DNA of 63,556 nucleotides, filler included, from Hyphochytrium catenoides (GCA_900088475.1; 11 parts of 11 records of this genome joined end to end with filler, not necessarily neighbours in it), one strand, 5' to 3'. Numbered from the whole stretch's first letter, positions 50,331 through 63,556 are shown. The notes: generated by a model not told the origin, from the sequence alone. Numbers and translations: made by a program.

Positions 50331-50766
50331 ATGAGCCAGGGGCCGACAGGAAACGATATGATGTCTTATTACATGGGCTCTGACCACCCTCCGCTCTATT
50401 CGGCGAACGACGACTACCTCAAAGTGAAGTCCATATCGTATAGCCTCTGCTTCTACGAGGCAAAACTCGTCATGCAAAAGGACGGGAACTTGGTTCTATA
50501 TCGAGACAAAGGTTGTGACAACACGTACTACGCCGTCTGAGCCTCAATTACGTATCTAGTTGGTGCGTCACCTTCTTATATATAAAGCGGTTATGCAGCC
50601 GGATGGCAACTTGGTGGTCTACGCGGCAGACCGAGCGACGTGGAGCTCGAACAGTCCCGGTTCTTCACATGTTCTACGCCTGATGATCTACAAGGGAACC
50701 AACAGCCTGTGGCTAGAGATCTATCGTAATACTGCTACAGCTTCTGTTATTAAGACGCTTTATTAG
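50331..50766 (+). pseudogene. Bulb-type (GNA-like mannose-binding) lectin pseudogene
   Basis: Two QxDxNxVxY motifs (LVMQKDGNLVLY, AVMQPDGNLVVY); TGA at the expected Trp of AVWAS (50538-50540) and a frameshift in a TA run near 50580. Confidence 0.75.
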
Positions 50767-53265
50767 AAGATGATGCGTGGCTTACCGGTCCTCAACGTCA
50801 TCCTTATGGGTTATTATGCCACACTCAACAAGCAGTTCCTGTGAAGGCAGCACTCTGACTTCTTGCACCGTCGTTGACTCTAGCTCCAAACATACAATAG
50901 CAGTAGTAGTGGGTAGTTTCCTCTAAAATGTAAGAAATAAACTAGCAGATCCTTTGAGCTTTATAAAATTGCAATTCGCTAGTCATGCCAACAAAAAGCC
51001 ACGTTGGTACCCGTTTTTTTGTCGGACGACGCTTCATTTGATTGGAAGACTTTTTTGAATCAACGGTGTGATTCCTGAAGAAGAAAAGGATTAACAGAGT
51101 TGACGAATGAAGAGAATCAAAGCCCAAGGGTAGGAGGAGTGGTGTACAACGCTACCTCCATTCCTGGAAATAGGTGGTGCTGTGACGGTCCACATATCAA
51201 AAGCACTAATCCTCCGTCACCAAGCAGCAAAATGTATGGAACCGTGCCCAACACTCAAAAGGAGGAAAGGAACAAGAGCAGAAGAGAGGGTAGTAGAGAC
51301 AGAAGGATTATTACAGACTGGCAAGGGAAAAGAAGAAGAATATCGAGAAGAGAAGAGGCAAGGTTGATAGAAGAGATTGAAGAGGAACATGACAACATCG
51401 ATCGGGGTGGGGAAAGTACTGAAGGCGAAGAACGAAGAAGAAGAATCAATCGTCCTTCTTTGCTAACTAAAGGTTGTACGCCGTGGGATACTAACTATAC
51501 ATCTCTTCCTCCTCTTGAGCTTTCCTATCCCGTTTCGTCGTGGCCTTGTCTGTGCTATGGGTTCGTCCTACGACAGAGCCGACGATGTAGATGACGTAAA
51601 CACGCTACTTACCAGCAGTTCCCTGGCGGCTGAATCATCAGGGAGGAGTAGACGGAAGTGGTATTATTATTAGAATACCCACTCGCTTGTCACTATGCCA
51701 GAAATAAACAACTCGTCGGAGGAGGAGGATGAGAAGAGTAAGCGCTTATTAATCATCGACGCACACTGTGGCCCATCTTCATGCCCACAGAACTTGCTCT
51801 TCTTTCTTGAATGTTTTTCTCACTAAAGCTGGAATCTTTGTGTGTTGCCATCTTCATGCCCACAGAAGAAGAAGAAGAGCGTCGTAAAGAAGAGAAGACT
51901 AGCTCACCTCGAGTATAGACGACACTACCCTACTACTAGCGGAGCTAGTTGGTATGTCAGATAATAGCCGTAGCAATAGTAGTTGATGATTGATGACATG
52001 TGTGATAGATCTATTGACGCTTCGTAAGCGCTTGCTAGTCAATAGCCGATGTACAACAAGTGATGTTTACTCTCATCATCAGCTAAACTCACGATGATAC
52101 GGTAAGTAAGAAGCTGTTGCAGCTCTTCCCTCAGCGAGCCTCCTTGTATCCCCAGATCTTTTGGTGATGAGGGTGCAATGTTGTTGGGTGAGAACGATGA
52201 TCATCATTCATCCACCACCCATCAATGGTCTCCCATAGGGCGCGTAGTAAAGGTTGACAGCGCTGAAGATGATGTGAGTTAGTAAGAGTGGTTGTCTACA
52301 GGTACTACTTGTCAGACAGGCCAGGCCACCATTAGCATAAAACGATCCCCTTGGTTTTGGGTAGCTATGGCTATGGGTACTTGTCATGAAGGTACAGCTG
52401 TACAAACAGTCGTCGGTAGTTTGTCCCTCATTTATTTTTAGCTATTGCTGACCTGCCAGATGAGGAAGAATCTAATGCTGAATCTTCAACAAGGTCGTTC
52501 TACCGTTGTACCTTATAATGTATTATACGGTAGCGAACAGGATCATAGGGAAAAGATAGTTCAAAGTTCTTGGTTGGAGTTGGAGGCACCAGGACGAGGA
52601 TGGAGGTGGGCCACGTAGCAGGGTAGGAACGACTTACAAGCCAATTCTTATACAATAGTCCTGAAGGAGTCTCTAGTTCTACAGCAGGCCTTTAGAGAGA
52701 CTGGTCCTGCAGGAACATCACTAGAAATTTCTACTGTAGTTCTACTTGTAAAGTACTCCGGAGTAATAAGTAAGTAGAAATCTTTTATCATGACTGCCTT
52801 TTGAACTCTAGGAAAGCTGTCTCTCTCCTTTCTACCTGTAGAACTACCTCCAATAATGTACAAAGGAACATTGTGGAGGTGGAGGACAAGAGCTCGTTGA
52901 AGTTAGGCAAGTACTCACATGTAAGTATCCAAGTACCACTCACAAAAGCAATATGTACAGTAGCATCATGGCAAGTCAAGTACATGTCTTGGTTAAACTC
53001 TCCGCTTGTGAAAGAAATTGTACTTGCTTTGCTTTGGAAATACGCAGTGATGCACTTCGTACTTGTACTTACTTGTACCTATAAGGTGACTACGGAAAGG
53101 GACAANNNNNNNNNNNNNNNNNNNNNNNNNNNNNNNNNNNNNNNNNNNNTTAATTAATTAANNNNNNNNNNNNNNNNNNNNNNNNNNNNNNNNNNNNNNN
53201 NNNNNGATGTCTGGCAGCCAATTCTTCTTCTCAACTTTGTTGACGTAGTTTTCTCCCTGCTCCAG

Positions 53266-53624
53266 AAAGCTCGACAAGTTTCTCGATGGTATCTGAACGC
53301 TCTCTCCCTCTTTTACACTGCTTCTCTCTCTCTCTGTCTCTCTCTTTTTTTTCACTCTCTCGCTTCCTCACTCCATTGTTTTCTCTCTCTCTCTTCCGCA
53401 GATTTAGAGTGGAAGATCCTTTACGTTGGGTCTGCGGAGGATGAGAGCAAGGATCAGGTGCTGGAGGAAATCTTCGTAGGCCCGGTGCCGATAGGAACAA
53501 ACAGATTCGTCTTCCAGGTCAGCCGTCTGGTCCTTCGTTCCTCCTTCCCTTTGCCCTATCTTAGGCCATGAGTTTCTGCATATACTCTCTCTCTCTCTCT
53601 CCTTCTCTCTCCCTAGGTCCTCAT

Positions 53625-53655
<31 letters not shown>

Positions 53656-54099
53656 CCTTGATCTTTACGTCCCGTAACCCCTCCTTTCGATGATGCCTGG
53701 TCGAGCTTTAGGTCACTCCTTTCCTCCAGTTTTCTTTCTCGCTTCGAACTCTCGTAAACGGTCAAACCTCCCAATCTCTATCCCTCTCTTTCTCTTCTCT
53801 CTCTCTCTCTGTTTCTCTCTGTCTCTCTCTCCCTCTCTCTGTCTCTCTCTCCCTCTCTCTGTCTCTCTCTCCCTCTTTCTTTCTTTCTGTGTTTGTGTGT
53901 GTGTGTGTGTGTCTGTCGCTCTCCCTTTCTCTTGGTTTTGCTGTCTTCACTAAGGTCTTGTCCTTTATTCATCTGCGGCTCTGCATTTCTTTCAGGCTCC
54001 TGCTCCTGACACCTCAAAAATACCTGCCGAGGATATTATCGGCGTCACAGTCGTGCTGATCACCTGCTCTTACAAGGCCAAAGAGTTTGTCAGAGTAGG
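53266..54099 (+). CDS. ASF1: Histone H3/H4 chaperone ASF1, partial; exons 53402-53517, 53996-54099 and a probable 23-nt microexon 53266-53288
   Basis: [39 protein letters not shown]|[35 protein letters not shown] with GT-AG boundaries; absent from the ORF track. Confidence 0.93.
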
Positions 54100-54718
54100 G
54101 TGAGTTGGCCAACCTACCCATTTTTCTCTCTCTCTCTCTTCTCTCTGCCTCTCTCTCTCTCTTCTGTCCATGGCTCGTCTCTCTTTTTTCGGGGATAATT
54201 GCCCTACCCTGTTCATTCCTTCTTAGTTTCCTTTCTTCCAATGCTCTTCGGTCCTCTTTCGCTCTATTGTGGAGGTCTATTTCTATCTCTTTCTTCATAA
54301 ATTTGTCTTTCTCTTCGTTTCCGTCTGCTCAATTGCCTTTCTTCGCNNNNNNNNNNNNNNNNNNNNNNNNNNNNNNNNNNNNNNNNNNNNTTAATTAATT
54401 AANNNNNNNNNNNNNNNNNNNNNNNNNNNNNNNNNNNNNNNNNNNNACGGAAGGCGCAGCGTCAAGGAGACGAGCAACGGGATCGGCGACACGAAATCTA
54501 TCTCTGTTGCTTGCTCTCTCTCTCCCTCTTGCTTAGCGTCTCTCTTGCTTGCTCTCTCTGTCTCTCGCTCCGCTCTCTCTCGCTCTCTCTCTTGATTGTC
54601 CTGTCTCTTGCGAGCTCTCTCTTGCTTACTCTCTCTCCCTCTTGCTTGCTCTCTCTTATGATTCCCTTCGCCCATCTTCCATGTAACAAATTTCTTCTTG
54701 GGAAGAGTCGTGTCTTAC

Positions 54719-54833
54719 CATAGCGGACAATGGTCCTTCTCAAATACAGGCCTTCAGGTGACTTCTCAGGAAAATATACACCAGCCAAGTATGATAGACT
54801 ATCCACAGCCGCTGGAGAGAGAACAGAAGAGAT

Positions 54834-54874
<41 letters not shown>

Positions 54875-55629
54875 GGAGAGAGAGAAAGAGAAGTAAGTAA
54901 GTTATATCCAGACATCACGTAGCTAAGTCAAGATAGAGTAAAAGGAGTAACCCAGAAGAGAGTGAGATGATAGATACATAGGTTGAGATCGACTATAGAG
55001 TTGAGGAAGCAACAGAAAGAGAGGGAAAGAGAGACACAGAGAGAGAGAGAGAGAGAGAGAGTGCAGGTTCCTCACCCCATAGATTAGTGATGCAGCTGGT
55101 CCTGGTTCCCCACCAGCGGTTGATAGACTAGTAGCGCAAGGAAGTGTAAGGGCCAATGAACACTACTTCTTTGACTTCGTGGCACGGAGGAGAGAGAAAG
55201 AGAGAAACTAACAGCTTATGGAAAAAGGAATTCTAGAAAGAGATCCAACAGCAGAGCAATGCAGAGATCTGACGCGAGAGAGAGAGAGAGAGGATAAAAG
55301 TTCTTACGGGAAAATAGCGTTAGATATGTAAAGAGAGAGACCTACCAGTGCGACGTACGAAGAGAGAACGAAATTGACGAGAAACTCAAAGGTGGTGGGC
55401 AGCTCCATCCAGCTTCCATACTGGATAGGGATAGCCGCTGCGCCATCCGACTTGGCAGCTAAGAGAGAGAAAATTGAGAGGAGGGAGAGAGGGGGAGAGA
55501 GAGAGAAAGACACACACGTTTTGAGCACCAGAGTAGGCACCGAGAAGGAGTGAATGCATGACTGAAGCAAGAGAGAAACGACCACCAGAAGGTGGCGTTA
55601 TGGAAAGCAACGGTAGTACGGATGACTCT

Positions 55630-55668
<39 letters not shown>

Positions 55669-56201
55669 AGAAACCGAAGAGACTAGGAGTACTCTCTGCT
55701 CCCTTACCAAAGTACCAGCCAACCAAGATGGCGATAATGAGCGCCGTTATTGAAAACATGGCCACAATCTGCAGAGGTGAAGAGCTNNNNNNNNNNNNNN
55801 NNNNNNNNNNNNNNNCCCCCTCTCTTTCTCTCTCTCTCTCTCTCTCTTTTCTTCAACAGCCCAAATGCGTGAAAAGTCTCTTTCTCTCTCTCGTTGTCTC
55901 TCTCTTTCTCTTCTTTCCACTTCTTGACAATTCTTGTCTCTGCGCCGCACCTGTGTCCATACAATCTTGGAGTAGAAGACCGAGCCCTGGAATGTGAGGA
56001 GAGAGCCGAAGCGCGTGAGAGCAATCATATCGTACCAGACGATCTGCCCTCCGCACAGCTGCTGCAGCACAGAACCTGAGAGACGAGAGAGCAGTGAGAC
56101 ACACTCCAGATCATGTCAAGAGAGAGAGAGAGTAGAAATGACAAGAGAGAGAGAGAGTGCAAGTGGAAAGAAACCGAGACGTCTATGTGACCCTTCTGGG
56201 A

Positions 56202-56243
<42 letters not shown>

Positions 56244-56623
56244 TATAGCACGGGAAGGTTGAAGGGCCAAGCACGGTTGATACCTGGCACTCTGGGTCTC
56301 TTGTCCAGCACTAGGTTATACCTCTCGCTCTGCAGCTCCATAAGAAGCTCCTCATTCTGATCCAGCACCTCTTTCTTTGTACTCAGAAAAGTCTGGTCCA
56401 GAGAAGAGTAACGCTGGGAAGGATTCGGATAGAAAGACGAAGCGTCTCCCATTCCTGCCTGGGGAGAGACCTCCCCAATCGGGCCTTTGACTCCCTTTGC
56501 GCGGCCTGCGACCCCGACTCGAAGCCGCGGCAGCATGATTGGAAGATCAGAGCTCATTGCCGGGCCCTGTTGCCGGCTGAGAGAGTCTCCAGGAGTCTGC
56601 GGACGCGGAGTCTCTCCGCTCAT
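54719..56623 (-). CDS. Bestrophin-family anion channel, N-terminal part, multi-exon, 3'-partial
   Basis: Exon peptides WYDMIALTRFGSLLTFQGSVFYSKIVWTQ, TFEFLVNFVLSSYVALV and LYLRRTIVRY resemble bestrophin RGSIYK, FVLGFYV and RRTL.RY motifs in the correct order. Confidence 0.7.
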
Positions 56624-56872
56624 CTTCCGTCGTCTTCGTGTTGACAGAGATCACTTGGATTGAGCGAAGGGAGAGAGAAAGAGAGAAAGAAAGAGAGAGA
56701 GATAGCGAGAGAAAGGTGATGGGGGCTAGAGTTTATGCCAGGCCAGTGGTTAAGAGAGATCTTGGCATCTGCAGATGAGCTTTTTTTCTCTCTTTATAAA
56801 GCACGGGCAAAGAGCTCTGATGACCTCTAATGAGTGTGTGAGACGAGGCTTTATGAGGAGGTGATATCTGTG

Positions 56873-56903
<31 letters not shown>

Positions 56904-57067
56904 GAGAGAGGAAGAGAGAGAAGGGTATTGTTGAGAGAAGAGTTTTGACAGGATCTGGGAGAAGAGAGGAAGACTAAGAGAGGGCGGACGGTGGAAGCGG
57001 CAAAAGCAAACACCCCTGAAGATCACTTTCTGGCATGCGGCATGCGCCATTCTAACCCTCTGCCCAC

Positions 57068-57109
<42 letters not shown>

Positions 57110-58355
57110 TCCTTACTTGCTCTTCCCTCCTTTTTCACGCTTTCTGACTCTCACTCTCCCTCTCTCTCTCTGTCTCTCCCTCTCTCTCTCTCTCTCTCTT
57201 CTCTCTCGCTCTCTATCTCTCTCTCTCTCTCTCTCTGTCCCCACAACCTTAACTTCCTTTCCTCCCTTTTTCACGCTTTCTGACTCTCTCTCTCTCTGTC
57301 TCCCCTGTCTCTTGTTCTCAGCCTGATGGCCGCTTTCGACCTAACCTCTTCGCATTATTAAGAGTGCCAATCTACCTTTCACGTATTTTACCTTCCAGTA
57401 TACTCCAATCCTTACATATCGCTCAGTGGAAGGAAAAACACTTGTCCATTGTTCCTGAGGAAGCTAAACACGGGTAACGAGCAGTGTAGTCTTCCATATA
57501 TTGTCGCATTTTTCTAAACCTAGTCAAAATCTTGAAGAAATCTGTTCCTACCAACTGTAGACAGGGAGAAATGCCCTGCAAAGAGCCAGAGTGCCTCTCT
57601 TCCGTCCAAAAAGGCTCACAGCGCCGCGAGGGAAAGAGACCACAACCGCTCCCTCTCTCCCTCTCCCTTTCTTTCACGACTAATAAGAAACGCAAGCCAC
57701 AAACAAGCCTGGAAAGTGACACCACAAGTGGCGCGAGGGACATATCTTAGATGAGACAGTGGGTGAGGCTCACTCAGTATCTAGCCATGGGGACTACTCA
57801 CCCACAATCTTTTCCCATTGCCAGTTCGCGCCCAACTAAAAACTTTGGGCAGCGTTATTTTAGATCTATTGGCTTTCTTAGGGGGATTTTCCAAAATAAA
57901 TGGAAATTTCATTTCGTATCCGTTCACTTGACCATGTGCTAGACCCCGAAAATAAAATAATTGCGTTCACCACAAGACAGCCAGAGGGTCTGGCATATCC
58001 TCAGGTAGATGATGCTAACCTAAAATCTGGTTAGAAAAATCGTAAACGGTTAAGTTCTAGGTATAACAGAGCGCCACTGTTGTCGGATAGCTGCATCATG
58101 CGGCGTATTCTCAGATGAGTCTTGGTTAGGCCTTTCCAGAGCACGGATTAGGATAAGGTTCGATGCCTAAAAAAGCGAGGTTCAGGGTGGGCGCCTTGTC
58201 AACAGTTCGGCTGGCGGCCATCTTGCAGGTCAGCAGGGAGAGAGAGAGAGAGAGAGNNNNNNNNNNNNNNNNNNNNNNNNNNNNNNNNNNNNNNNNNNNN
58301 TTAATTAATTAANNNNNNNNNNNNNNNNNNNNNNNNNNNNNNNNNNNNNNNNNNN

Positions 58356-59830
58356 NGGGTCGCTATGCGAACTTCCCGACTGCACGCATGGTACCTCGTT
58401 GAGGACCTGAAGTGCCTCAGAGGATACCATCTTACCTAAGAGATTATCGATGTACTTCGAACCTTGAGTGCCAAACCGGTCTCCGATAAAATATAAACCA
58501 TCTAAGGAGGTGGTCTGATCCAAGGCTGAGCTTAGCAATCCAGGTAGAGCTTCCCATTGTATAAAGAGTATCACCCGGTCAAACCTTAGGCCCTGTGTCT
58601 GGTGAAAGGTGAAGCTGAAGGCCAGCTTGAACGGAAACTGGGTTCGACAGCCGCTTCCATAATGCTCTTCCAGGGAGGAGACCGATACCCTTCGAACAGT
58701 CACAGTCTTCCTAGGCCCATCAAGCCCTTTGTCCAATGCGAGCTTCACGTAGGTTAGGTCTTCAGCTACCTCAATGATGGTACCCAAGGTCCCGGCTTTA
58801 AGGACTCTCCCCTTCACCTTGAAATTGACTACTAAGACCACTCTGGCACCTACTCTGATCTTGACCATCCGAGGTAAACTGGTTTGGTCGAGGACCTCCG
58901 ACCAGAAGCCTGATTCGCCCTTCTTAAAGTCATCCTTAGCATGTACTACACTCACTCTTCCGATCGTGAGAACTTGATCGATGCAAAGGTTGTTGAGATC
59001 CTCACTGCCGATAATTCTTCGACCACTGTCTCTGCTGCGGGAGTTTGTAGTCAAAATCATCGGAAGGGTCTCGCCCCGATGTTTTTGGAAAACGTCACGC
59101 AGGGTCTTTGTGAGGGCACTATAGCCAGAGGAGCTTCCAATTACTCTCTTTGCTAGGAGGGCTTTGGCACGAGCGTCAAGCCGTTGTCCCACGCTAATAT
59201 GCTTGGCAATCAGGGCTAAGTTGGAGTCCTCGCTCTACACAAGGAGTTAGTATATTGCGCGTCGAGGGGTGACTTATGAATATGCTACTGACCTGATTAG
59301 CAAAATCTTTAAGAACAAAGCGCTGGCAGTCTGGATGCCACTCCTTGAGCATCAGTTGGAGAAACTTTTGACCGCTCCCAAGGGAGGCATTATAATGCAA
59401 AAGCTGTAAAGATGGAATGAAGTCAGCTCTAAAATTCTCGCTCATGGCGTCCATAGTGCCACCACCTGATATGCGTCAAAAAGCAAGAACATTACTCGGC
59501 CCCGTCTTCCGCAGTACCGACCCCACAGCCTCGTGACCAGTATAAGCAACGGCACGTGCATACACAACGCTTCCTCCAGGATCAGAACTGGTGTATCTGA
59601 TAACGGGTGTCGTTGCTGGTCCCATTTCGCCTCCAGCTGAGGGAGGACCTCATCTATAACCTTCTCAAAGTCACTTCTGGCCAAGAGGCCTACACTCCAT
59701 TCACCAAAGGCAGCCAAGTAAGCATCTAAGAGTTGTTTAGATATTCTCAGCAGTGACCGAATGGTGTATACTTCTCCCTGGCAAGTGGGTGCTGCAAGCA
59801 AATAGTAGCGAAGAGTTAAAGCCATATTAA
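58356..59830 (-). pseudogene. Degenerate PIF1-like (SF1B) helicase, possibly Helitron-derived
   Basis: LAAPT..TIRSL, VLILEE, LLFDAYQV, KIRVGARVVLVVN..LKAGTLGTI, RTQFPFKLAFSFTFHQTQG; split across frames. Confidence 0.65.
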
Positions 59831-60889
59831 GGCCGCGGAGTTGTACTTTATACCTGCGAGACGTGCGGCACACAAGGTAATAACCTTCAATCTGTGAATG
59901 CGACACACTTGATGCAGAGCATCCCGTACCTTGCTCTGACATGAAGGAAGAGAATTATTAGTATATCTATCACGAAGTTACACTCTCAAGCAAAGCTAGA
60001 CCCGATAGTTCCGCACAGAGCCTTGTATCAAGCGGGCCACCGGCTGGTGGTACGTCTGCGGCAGCTCAAGTTTCGCCAGAGCTGCCGCTAAGAAGGCGGT
60101 CAACATCTGATAAGGTGGAATTCCATTTGCTTCCATCCGGCTTGCAATCGTGTCACTAAGAGAAAGACCTGCAGGTTCAAAAGTACGGACATACATTGCT
60201 CGCATAACATAGCAGGTGTACATTCGGTACTGAGACTGTCCAACCTGAGGTGCACGTATCTCCACCTATGTCTCCACCTTCCAAAGCCCTAGTTGTGCGC
60301 CTACCCGTTCTTCGCGAAGGCCTTTCGTTGCTCTCCATCCTGTTATTTCCCTCCATTCTGCCATCTCTGGACGATTGACTGACAACGTTAGGGGTTTGAG
60401 CGAAGACCCCTTCTGGGATAGGGATGGATTGCGGAGAACATTCGCTTCTCCCACTCTGTTCCTTAAATGCTGGTATGTGAGTAGCACCTGACGGTGAGAA
60501 TCGAAAGCCAATCTTACCGTAGTCCTGTCACGTTGCGGGCCATCGGCGTCAGGGTCTCCTGCTGTTTCCCCTGATGCATTTCGAGTTTCAAAAGTCGAAA
60601 GTCAGCTTTGAGAATGAGAGAGGTTGGACTTATTCATCATGCTCTTTCCTATGTTCCTCACCAGCGCCGGTTTCATTCACATTCCTGGCTGAAGGTCGAT
60701 CTCTTCCGAGATCGACGCCCGTGACCACTGGTATTGTTCTTCGTCCGCTCTCGCTTCCTACAAGCAACTCTCAGTCAAGTCCATCCCAGATTGAACGAAA
60801 TAAAGTAACAAGCCTGAAGTCAGTTGTGACTGTCGTAACCCTTGACCGGTGGCTTTTTTACAGGCGGAGGACGGCTTCTTGTTCAGCTG

Positions 60890-61467
60890 ACCTGCAGGTG
60901 CTTCAGTGGCGTATGCTGGTCCCGAAGGATCGCTGTCGCGCGCTTCAGGTTGCTTGTCGCTTAGTCCGTCATCCATGCCGTCAGTCTCTAGTCTGTCAAC
61001 CATGCCGCCAGTCTCTGATGTCTGTGTCCCCCTTCTGTCTCCTGTGGCTCCTTTAGCGATTGAAGCGACCTCCTCGGCAGCTAGAGATGACGCGTTAGAC
61101 TAATAACTAGCTATTGCCAGGAAGAGCGCTCTACAGGTCATCATCAAGGGCTTTTCATAGTCTTTTATTTGCCTAACATGCAACGCTGAGCGCTCTAACT
61201 TACCTGCATGTGCTTCAGTGGCGTGTGTCGGTCCCAAAGAATCGCTGTCTCGCGCTGCCGGTTGCTCAACGCTTAGCCCGTTAGCCATGCCGTCAGTGTC
61301 GAGTCCGTCAGCCATGCCGTCAGTCTCCGATGTCTGTGATCCCCTTCTGCCTCCCGTGGCTCCTTCAGGGACTAAAGATGGCCCAGCGACCTCTTCGGCA
61401 GCTAGAGATGAGGCATCAGAGTAATAAACTAACTATTGCCACGAAGAGGGCTCTACAGGTCATCATG
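60890..61467. repeat. Diverged direct duplication (~60890-61144 and ~61202-61467)
   Basis: acctgca.gtgcttcagtggcgt...gcagctagagatga...ctctacaggtcatcat present twice. Confidence 0.85.
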
Positions 61468-62377
61468 AGGAGCTTTCCGGTCTAAACCTACCTCCATTAG
61501 GAGAGTTTTTAGACTTGCTTAAAATGTCTCTGACACATTCTTCAGCGGAAGAATTGGGACGCTTCCCGGGCGACAGAAGTTGCTGGAGGACCTGTAGATC
61601 TTCCAAAGCCATACCTTGGAGGGCTGCTGGGTCGAAACTGGTGTGGCGGTTCTCCTTTAGACTCTTGAGTAAGGACGACACCGTACAGGCTTCGGCCATC
61701 GTGGGCTGTAATCCTGAATACAGACACGCTGTTCCACTACCGTCCGATGCCCGGAAGAGGATCTAAGCATGATGGAGTGTTAGTTCGGTTGGTCTTTAGA
61801 CAGCTTGTCTGAGAAAATCTACTGGACACTATCATCTCCACCTTTCCTACCCTGCTATATCTCTCTTTGTCCATCAAGTACCCTTTTTCCCTCTTGTACT
61901 TCTCTTTGAAGTTGTCTATCCACCTCTTGCTCTCTCGTCCAGTCTTTCTACCTTTTAATATTTTCACTCTTTTAATGGTCTCTCATTTATCCTTCCTCTC
62001 CTTGTCAATTTCTTGAGTGCAAAGATTGTTCACTGACCAGGCTGAAAGATGGCTTCAGCCCAATCAAGAACTTGTGGGCGTCCAGCAGCTTCGCCAACAC
62101 GTTCTCTTTCACTCTTCTCCTCTTTGGTCCAGGCCTTCGCTGCACCGTCCTCTTGGGGGACAGTCTCAGATGCTTCCACGGCACTATTAAGCCCGGCTCT
62201 GTTTGTCGCAACTTATGAGTAAGCACGATGCTCGCTAGATCCTGACTGCGGAGTTTANNNNNNNNNNNNNNNNNNNNNNNNNNNNNNNNNNNNNNNNNNN
62301 NTTAATTAATTAANNNNNNNNNNNNNNNNNNNNNNNNNNNNNNNNNNNNNNNNNNNNGAGAGAGAGAGAGAGCTTAC

Positions 62378-63136
62378 AATGACGAGCACGACCCCCACTG
62401 GCTCCTTTGTAATCTTTCTCAAGAAACCTTCTCTCTCAGGCAAGCTGTGGTCCGCCAGCGCCTCCTCCGCGAGCGCTATCATCTGCCTGAAGGTGACGAA
62501 GAGAGAAGAAAAGAGGGGAGACTAGAGTTAAAAATAGGGGAGGCAGCAATGACAGAGAGTAAGACAGGGAGAGAGAAAGAGACGGCGAGAGGGACAGAGA
62601 GAATGGGTTCTGAAGAAATAGTGGAGAAGAGCTGAGATGGCAGACGAAGATAGCCTAGAATGACACCAAGGAAAGGGCTTGAGGAAGAAGCTCTTGTCTA
62701 ACAGAAGAGAAGGCAAACGGAGGACGAAGGGGAAGCCCTTCAGGAGAGAAAGGCCCGTACTTTGTTCTGTCCACAGTGGTGTTGACTTCTCCGATCGCCT
62801 GCAGATCCAGGGAATGAAAGGAGGCCATGCCGTCAGTCTGGCCAATAAGAAAGGAAGAGGGAGATTCTTAGGGGAGAGAGGTATCGAAGCGGGAATAGAG
62901 AAGTACAGAGAGAAAAAAGCCGATGGAGAAGAGAGAGAGACCCAGGATGCAAGCCAGAGTAAGGACGGAGAGTTGGCGATAGGAGCAGCGGCCCCGCTGT
63001 CCATCACCTGGCTCAGGGGCTTGCCCATCATGTTCGAGATATCAGCGGCTACTCTCTCTTTGTTCTTCTCCAGCGCCGTTGCAAAAGAGGAACAGACCTC
63101 CATCCGTCTCTCCAATCCCTGCTGTCGCCACTCTCT
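62378..63136 (-). CDS. Aldehyde dehydrogenase family protein, partial; exons 63136-63008, 62798-62761, 62486-62378
   Basis: REWRQQGLERRMEV..AADISNMMGKPLSQ|AIGEVNTTVDRTK|QMIALAEEAL..RKITKEPVGVVLVI; in-frame GT-AG junctions. Confidence 0.88.
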
Positions 63137-63556
63137 CTGGGAAAGGAAGACGGAGAATAGAGACGGAGAAGGTCGCCAGGAGAGAACCATCAGCGAGGTA
63201 GGAGAAAGGAAGTAGCAAAGGAGGACGAAGAAGAGAGAGAGAGAAAGAGAGTGCATCGTGAAAAGGGCTCGGCTAGCTTGATCATGAGTTAGGTACTTAG
63301 GAGAGGAAAGAGAGCTGAAAGGAGGAAGTTCGAGGAGAGAACAGAAGAAAAGGCCTCATGACGAACTGACCGCAACGCGGCGGCGATGTGTTAATGTCAG
63401 CGCGGAATCAGTAGTTGAGTTCGTTTATGGAAAAGGCAAGACTGAAATATCCTCTCTCTTTTTCTCACTCTCTCTCTCTCTTGGTTTCCGTCTCGCTCTC
63501 CCTCTTTTCTTTCATTCCCACTGTATACCTGGCCCACCCTCCTTCTCTCTCTCTCT

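Noticed and set aside
50538-50540. TGA read as Trp (alternative genetic code)
   Set aside because: ORC1, PolX and the first Zn-finger gene end in TGA at expected C-termini, and the lectin also has a frameshift.
6012-59830. Apparent cluster of DNA-metabolism genes (ORC1, PolX, ASF1, PIF1-like)
   Set aside because: All lie on different scaffolds separated by artificial linkers.

Overview
Eukaryotic genomic DNA, probably a protist, with GT-AG introns dominated by (GA/CT)n microsatellites. The window is not contiguous: at least 11 scaffolds are joined by artificial N-TTAATTAATTAA-N six-frame-stop linkers. Recognisable host genes: two WRKY19-like Zn-finger repeat proteins, ORC1, an F-box/LRR protein, a GT2-like glycosyltransferase, an Sfi1-like protein, a multi-exon FHA-BRCT-Pol mu/TdT-like X-family polymerase, a small secreted protein, ASF1, a bestrophin and an aldehyde dehydrogenase. 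There is also a B-lectin pseudogene and a degenerate PIF1-like helicase. Mobile DNA includes nested Ty1/Copia fragments, a Gypsy/chromovirus remnant and a ~1.7 kb fold-back. The most striking element is a 640-bp non-autonomous LTR element (TRIM, 43868-44507, with a solo LTR at 46475-46727). Its LTR carries a tRNA-like gene, and its primer-binding site is the complement of the 3' end of that same RNA plus CCA, so it appears to encode its own reverse-transcription primer.
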